Origin: Ciconia boyciana
Taxonomy: Eukaryota
Reading direction: 5' to 3'
DNA length: 64,000 nt
Assembly: GCF_034638445.1 (NCBI RefSeq)
Contig: NC_132969.1
Coordinates: 255,423 to 319,422, forward strand
A program made the position numbers and the translations under genes. Of this stretch, positions 59,747 through 64,000 are shown in pieces; within the stretch, counting starts at the first letter, position 1; every line of letters starts with the position of its first letter. Below the pieces are notes generated by a model, which saw only the letters and a list, made by a program, of their open reading frames with translations, searched no databases and was not told the origin of the DNA.

Positions 59747-59853
59747 CTGTTGGGGGAGGGGGAGAGCAGTGAGACACCCCCCCCCCACAATGCAAGGACC
59801 CCCCCTCTTTTTGCAAGCCCCGCCTCTTTTTGCAAGCCCCGCCCCTTACTCAC

Positions 59854-59928
59854 CGGGGGGTCCGGGGGGTCGGGGGACCCTCGGGGGGCAGCGGGGGGTG
59901 GGGGTGTCGGTCTCCGTCACGGGGAGCC
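59854..59928 (-). CDS. SEZ6L2: SEZ6L2 coding exon 2
   Basis: Minus strand: acceptor cccctcccccag, then (G)LPVTETDTPTPRCPPRVPRPPGPP(G). Human follows its signal peptide with GLPLKEEEILPEPGSETPT. Donor G|GTGAGT is the reverse complement of 59847-59853. Confidence 0.65.
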
Positions 59929-59949
59929 CTGGGGGAGGGGAGGGTTGGA

Positions 59950-60470
59950 GGGGGAGACCCCAGGGCCCCCCGAGAAACGGGGGTCTGCCCAGGGACCCCC
60001 AGGCCCCCAAACCCCGAGCCCCCCAGGAGCCCCCAAACCCCCAGGGACCCCCTGAGCCCCCAAGGACCCCCCAGGGACCCTCAGGACCCCCCAGTCCCCC
60101 AAAGGGACCCTGAGGACCCCCGAGCCCCCCAGGACCCCCAACCCCCCAGGGACCCCCAGGACCCCCGAACCCCCCAGGACCCCCAGGGACCCCCAAGGGA
60201 CCCTCAGGACCCCTCCGAGCCCCCAGGACCCCCGAGAACCCCCCGGGGACCCCCAAGGGACCTGCAGGAGCCCCAGGACCCCCAAACCCTCTCAGGGACC
60301 CCCAGGACCCCCGAGCCCCGGGACCCCCCCAGGGACCCTCAGGACCCCCCGAGCCCCGGGACCCCCAGGGACCCTCAGGACCCCCGAGCCCCCAAGAGCC
60401 CCCAGGGACCCCAAGCCCCCTCAGGACCCCCCGAGCCCCCAGGACCCCCCCACCCCCTGGCCCCCACATT
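59950..60470. repeat. Short-unit array cccccagggaccc / cccaggaccccc in SEZ6L2 intron 1
   Basis: Read directly. On the plus strand it yields a spurious Pro/Gln/Asp-rich ORF (59830..60597). Confidence 0.8.
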
Positions 60471-60472
60471 AC

Positions 60473-60543
60473 CTGGGCAGGGGCTGCGGCCAGGAGGAGG
60501 AGGAGGAGGGGGAGGAAGAGGCGGGGGGGTGCAGGGCCCCCAT
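60473..60543 (-). CDS. SEZ6L2: SEZ6L2 first coding exon (signal peptide); the hydrophobic core is visible only after adding 1 bp in a C7 run
   Basis: Minus-strand ATG is the reverse complement of 60541-60543. As written it reads MGALHPPASSSPSSSSWPQPLP. One extra C gives MGALHPPPxLFLPLLLLLAAAPAQ, which resembles human [27 protein letters not shown]. Donor AG|GTAATG. Confidence 0.7.
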
Positions 60544-60599
60544 GGCCGGATCCTGCTGGGGGGTCCTGTCAGCGACCCCCGGGGGGGGAACCCCTGAAC

Positions 60600-61560
60600 C
60601 CCCATGGGCCAGCAGGGTTGGGGGGGGGGGCATACTGGGGAGGGGGGCTATACTGGGGCTGTACTGGGAATGGCGGGGTCCATACTGGGGAGGGGGTCAT
60701 ACTGGGGCTGTACTGGGAATGGGGGCCCATACTGGGGAGGGAGGGGTCCATACTGGGGCTGTACTGGGAATGGGGGGTCCATACTGGGGAGGGGAGCCAT
60801 ACTGGGGAGGGAGGGGTCCATACTGGGGCTGTACTGGGAATGGGGGGATCCATACTGGGAATAGGGGGGCCTACTGGGGGATGGGGGTCATACTGGGGCT
60901 GTACTGGGAATGGGGGCCGTACTGGGAATAGGGGGCCTACTGGGGATGGGGGCCATACTGGGGCTGTACTGGGAATGGGGGGTGTACTGGGGATGGGAGG
61001 AGCTACACTGGGGCTGTACTGGGAATGGGGGGCCATACTGGGGAGGGCGGGGCCATACTGGGGAGGGAGGGGTCCATACTGGGGCTGTACTGGGAATAAG
61101 GGGGTCTACTGGGGGATGGGGGGTCATACTGGGGATGGGAGGGGTCCATACTGGGGCCGTACTGGGGATGGGGGTCATACTGGGGCTGTACTGGGGATGG
61201 GGGGTCCGTACTGGGGCCGTACTGGGGATGGGGGTCCGTACTGGGGCTATACTGGGGATGGGAGGGGCTACTGGTGATAAGGGGCCGTACTGGTGATGGG
61301 GGGGCCGTACTGGGAATGGGGGCTGTACTGGTGATGGGGGGCCGTACTGGGAAGGGGGCCATACTGGGAATAGGGGGCCGTACTGGTGATGGGGGCCCAG
61401 ATGCCGCTGTACTGGGAATGGGGGCCATACTGGTGCCGGACTGGGCTGGGAGGCTCGTACTGGGACGGGGGGGAGGGGGAGGGGCCGTACTGGGGCGGGG
61501 GGCCATACTGGGGCCGTACTGGGGCGGGGGTCCTACCGGTGGGTGCCGGTGGGTGCCGGG
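60600..61560. repeat. Minisatellite (~50 bp: ccatactggggagggaggggtccatactggggctgtactgggaatgggggg) upstream of SEZ6L2
   Basis: Read directly. Confidence 0.8.
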
Positions 61561-62339
61561 GCCGGGTCCGTCCCTCTCGCTGCGGCGGGGGCGGGGCGGG
61601 CGCTGCCGGGGAGGGGCTGGCTCCGCCCACGGCCCCCCATCCCCCGATCCATCCCCCTCCCTCCCCCGGACCCCTCCCCAGTCCCCCTCCCCCGAAACCC
61701 CCACCCCCCAAATCCCCCCAGCCCCCAAATCCCCCTCCCCCCGAAACCCCCCATCTCCCCCAAATCTGCCCCCGAACCCCCCCATCCCCCCCCAACCCCC
61801 CCCAATCCATCCCCCTCCCCCCGGACACCCCTCCCCCAGCACCCCCATTCATCAGCCCCTCCCCCCTCGGGATTCCCGCCCCCATTTAAAGGGACCCCCT
61901 CAAAATGGGGACCCCCCCCCAAATGGGGACCCCCTATAGAAGGGGACCCCCAAATCGATGTCCCCCCCAGCCCCCCAGCCCTGGGGACCCCTGCCCCCCG
62001 GAGAGTCCGGGGGCCCTAGGCCCCGCCCATGGACGCTTGGCCCCGCCCACGGAGCTTGTAGTCACGCCCCTTTGTCTGGCCACGCCCCTTTTCTATAGGG
62101 GCTGCGCCCCTTAGAGCCCCCGGCTGTCGGGGGCCCCGCCCACAGAGCGCTAACCCCGCCCACCTTCCCTCTAGCCCCGCCCACAGATCGCTGTCCCCGC
62201 CTCTTTTCCATAGCCCCGCCCCTTTCCATTAACCCCTGGTGGGTCTTAGCCACGCCCACACACTTTAGGCCCCGCCCACCCATCATTTCCCCCGCTCCTT
62301 TCCACGCCCCCACCCCCTCAGGTCCCGCCCCTTCCCCAC

Positions 62340-63420
62340 AGACCCCGCCCCATCCCAGGCAGCGCGTCTGCGCATGCGCCGCCCCGTCTCGTTTGCCGGC
62401 CCCGCCCCGCGCCCTATTTGAGTGGCGGGAAGGGGGGCCGTTGCCAAGGAGACGGGGGCGGGATTTGGCGCCAAGCGGTTGCTAGGGAGACGGGGGCGGG
62501 GGCTGTTGCCCAATGGGGAGCGCCGCGGACCCGACGGCCAATCGCCGTTGGTGTCGGCCACGCGGCGGCTCCGCCCCCTCCCGATAAACAGCCAATCGGC
62601 TGCGCGCTGGGGCGGGGCGGACTACGCGCCCCAGCGGCCCCTGCGCGCGGTGTAATGGCGGACGGCGGCGCTATGGTCACGTGTGCGGCGCGGGGCCGCT
62701 CTAGGCGATGGGAGGACTGCGGCTCTATGGTCTGGGGCGCCGCACAGTTCCCCCCCCAGCCGTCCCGCCGTTGACTCAGCCATGACGTCATGGGAAGAGA
62801 CGGGTGACATCACTGCGCCACCTCCGTGTGTCGTCCACCCCCCGCCGCCGCCTCGGCCCGCTCCGGCCCCCGCAACCCCCCGCCGGGGCCGCCGCCATCT
62901 TTGCCTTTCCCTCAGCAGCCGCTTCCCGCCTTTCCGGCCGCTCCCCGCTCTGCGCATGCGCCGCCCCAATCCTGCCCCGGCAACAGCGCCTCCGTCCAAT
63001 CACCGCCCGCCCCGCCCTCATCGTCCCGCCCTCTCCTCCCTCCCCAGGCTCCGCCTCCTCCTTCCCCTCAGGGCTCCCGCCAATCACCCGCTTCCCTCTT
63101 CACCGGCTTGCGCGCCGATTGGCTCCGCGCCTCCGCCCTGCCCCGCGCATGCGCTCCCCCAAACCCCCGCCCCACTCCTGGCGCGCCCTCTCTCCCCTCG
63201 CCTTCACTCCCACCCCCCCTACAACGCATGCGCGCGCCGCGCCGTCCTCCACTTCCCCTCCTCCCCAGACCCCCTCACGTCCGGCGCATGCGCCTCACCG
63301 CCCGCTGGGGCTGCCACTTCCGGTCCGCCCGCCGGCGCCATCTTAGATCCGGGGCGGCGGAGGGAAGCGGCGGCAGCGGCGGGGACCGGGGTTCGGTTCC
63401 CCCCCCCGCGGCCTCTTCCC
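62340..63420. promoter_or_regulatory. CpG island with NRF1 palindromes (62372, 62952, 63148, 63228, 63288), CCAAT boxes (62537, 62592, 62997, 63080, and inverted 63117) and YY1-like gccatctt (62896, 63340); probable promoter of a neighbouring gene running off the window
   Basis: Motifs read directly. The island is 2-3 kb upstream of the SEZ6L2 ATG. No recognisable coding exon falls in the remaining ~600 bp. Confidence 0.45.
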
Positions 63421-64000
63421 CGCGGGATGGCGCCGCGTTAAGGGGTCGGGGGACCCGCCGAGCCCCCGAGGCTCCCCGGGGTCCCCCTTCCTCCCTCCCC
63501 TCCCTTCCTCCCGGTCCCTCAGCCCCGCCGCCGGTGAGGCCCAGCGGGGGCCCTCATGGCCGCCGCCCGCCTCCCCCGGCCCCTCACCCAGCCCTAGAGC
63601 CCGGGGGGCCCCCCTCCTCCCCGCCCGTTTTCGGGGTTTTTAAGCGCTCCTTTCCTTCTTTTCCCCCTTGATTTTTTGGGGTGAAATCTCGCCTTTTTGG
63701 GGCATCCCGCAGCCGCTGCCCCCCTGCCCCACACCCCCCGGAGCTGGAGCCGCCGGGGGGACGAGGGGTTGGGCCCCCCCACCGCCCGCCGCTACCGGAG
63801 CTGGAGCCGCGGGGCCGCCGGTGAGAGCGGGGGGGGGGACCTGGGCCCCTTGGTGTGGGGCGGGGGAGTTGGGGGCAGGGGATGGGGGGATGGAGCCCTG
63901 GGGCACTTGGGGGGCAGAGGACGGAGCTCTGGGGCGCTTGTGGGGCTGAGTGTGGGTCGCTTGTGGGGCAGAGCTTGGCCTTGTGGGGCTGAGCCTGGAG

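Noticed and set aside
59830-60597. Collagen-like or proline-rich ORF on the plus strand (PQGPPRDPQDPP...)
   Set aside because: It is not a Gly-X-Y triplet repeat. It is the opposite strand of a CCCCAGGGACCC minisatellite in SEZ6L2 intron 1.
63427-63600. Short ORFs starting at ATGs 63427 (MAPR*) and 63556 (MAAARLPRPLTQP*) as the start of the next gene
   Set aside because: They terminate within 4-13 codons and no donor or conserved peptide is recognisable. The neighbouring gene, possibly ASPHD1-like by synteny, cannot be called from the ~600 bp available.

Overview
This window is vertebrate nuclear DNA, not prokaryotic. It is extremely GC-rich, CpG-dense and packed with minisatellites, which is typical of an avian microchromosome region. 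Translating the exons identifies seven protein-coding genes. Six are orthologous to the human 16p11.2 cluster and one is PRODH2: EIF3C (3' six exons, +), PRODH2 (10 exons, +), MAZ (5 exons, +), INO80E (6 exons, -), HIRIP3 (5 exons, +), PAGR1 (3 exons, -) and SEZ6L2 (17 exons over ~27 kb, -). Exons are small islands. Tandem repeat arrays with 10-120 bp units, some with higher-order structure, fill almost every intron and intergenic spacer, and I estimate they make up more than 70% of the window. One intron (PAGR1 intron 1) carries an AT-rich 118-bp satellite that is compositionally alien to the rest of the window. Promoter-type CpG islands carrying CCAAT, NRF1 (GCGCATGCGC), YY1, CRE and KLF/Sp motifs lie at the MAZ 5' end, the INO80E/HIRIP3 bidirectional promoter, an orphan island between the MAZ and INO80E 3' ends, a site upstream of PAGR1, and the 3' end of the window. 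Many conserved exons show reading frames that are restored by adding a single base inside a G or C homopolymer run, which suggests systematic 1-bp deletions (sequencing/assembly) or, less likely, real lesions. No CRISPR arrays, rRNA/tRNA genes, clear transposons or prokaryotic defence systems are present. All calls rest on reading the sequence and remembered protein families. No database search was run.
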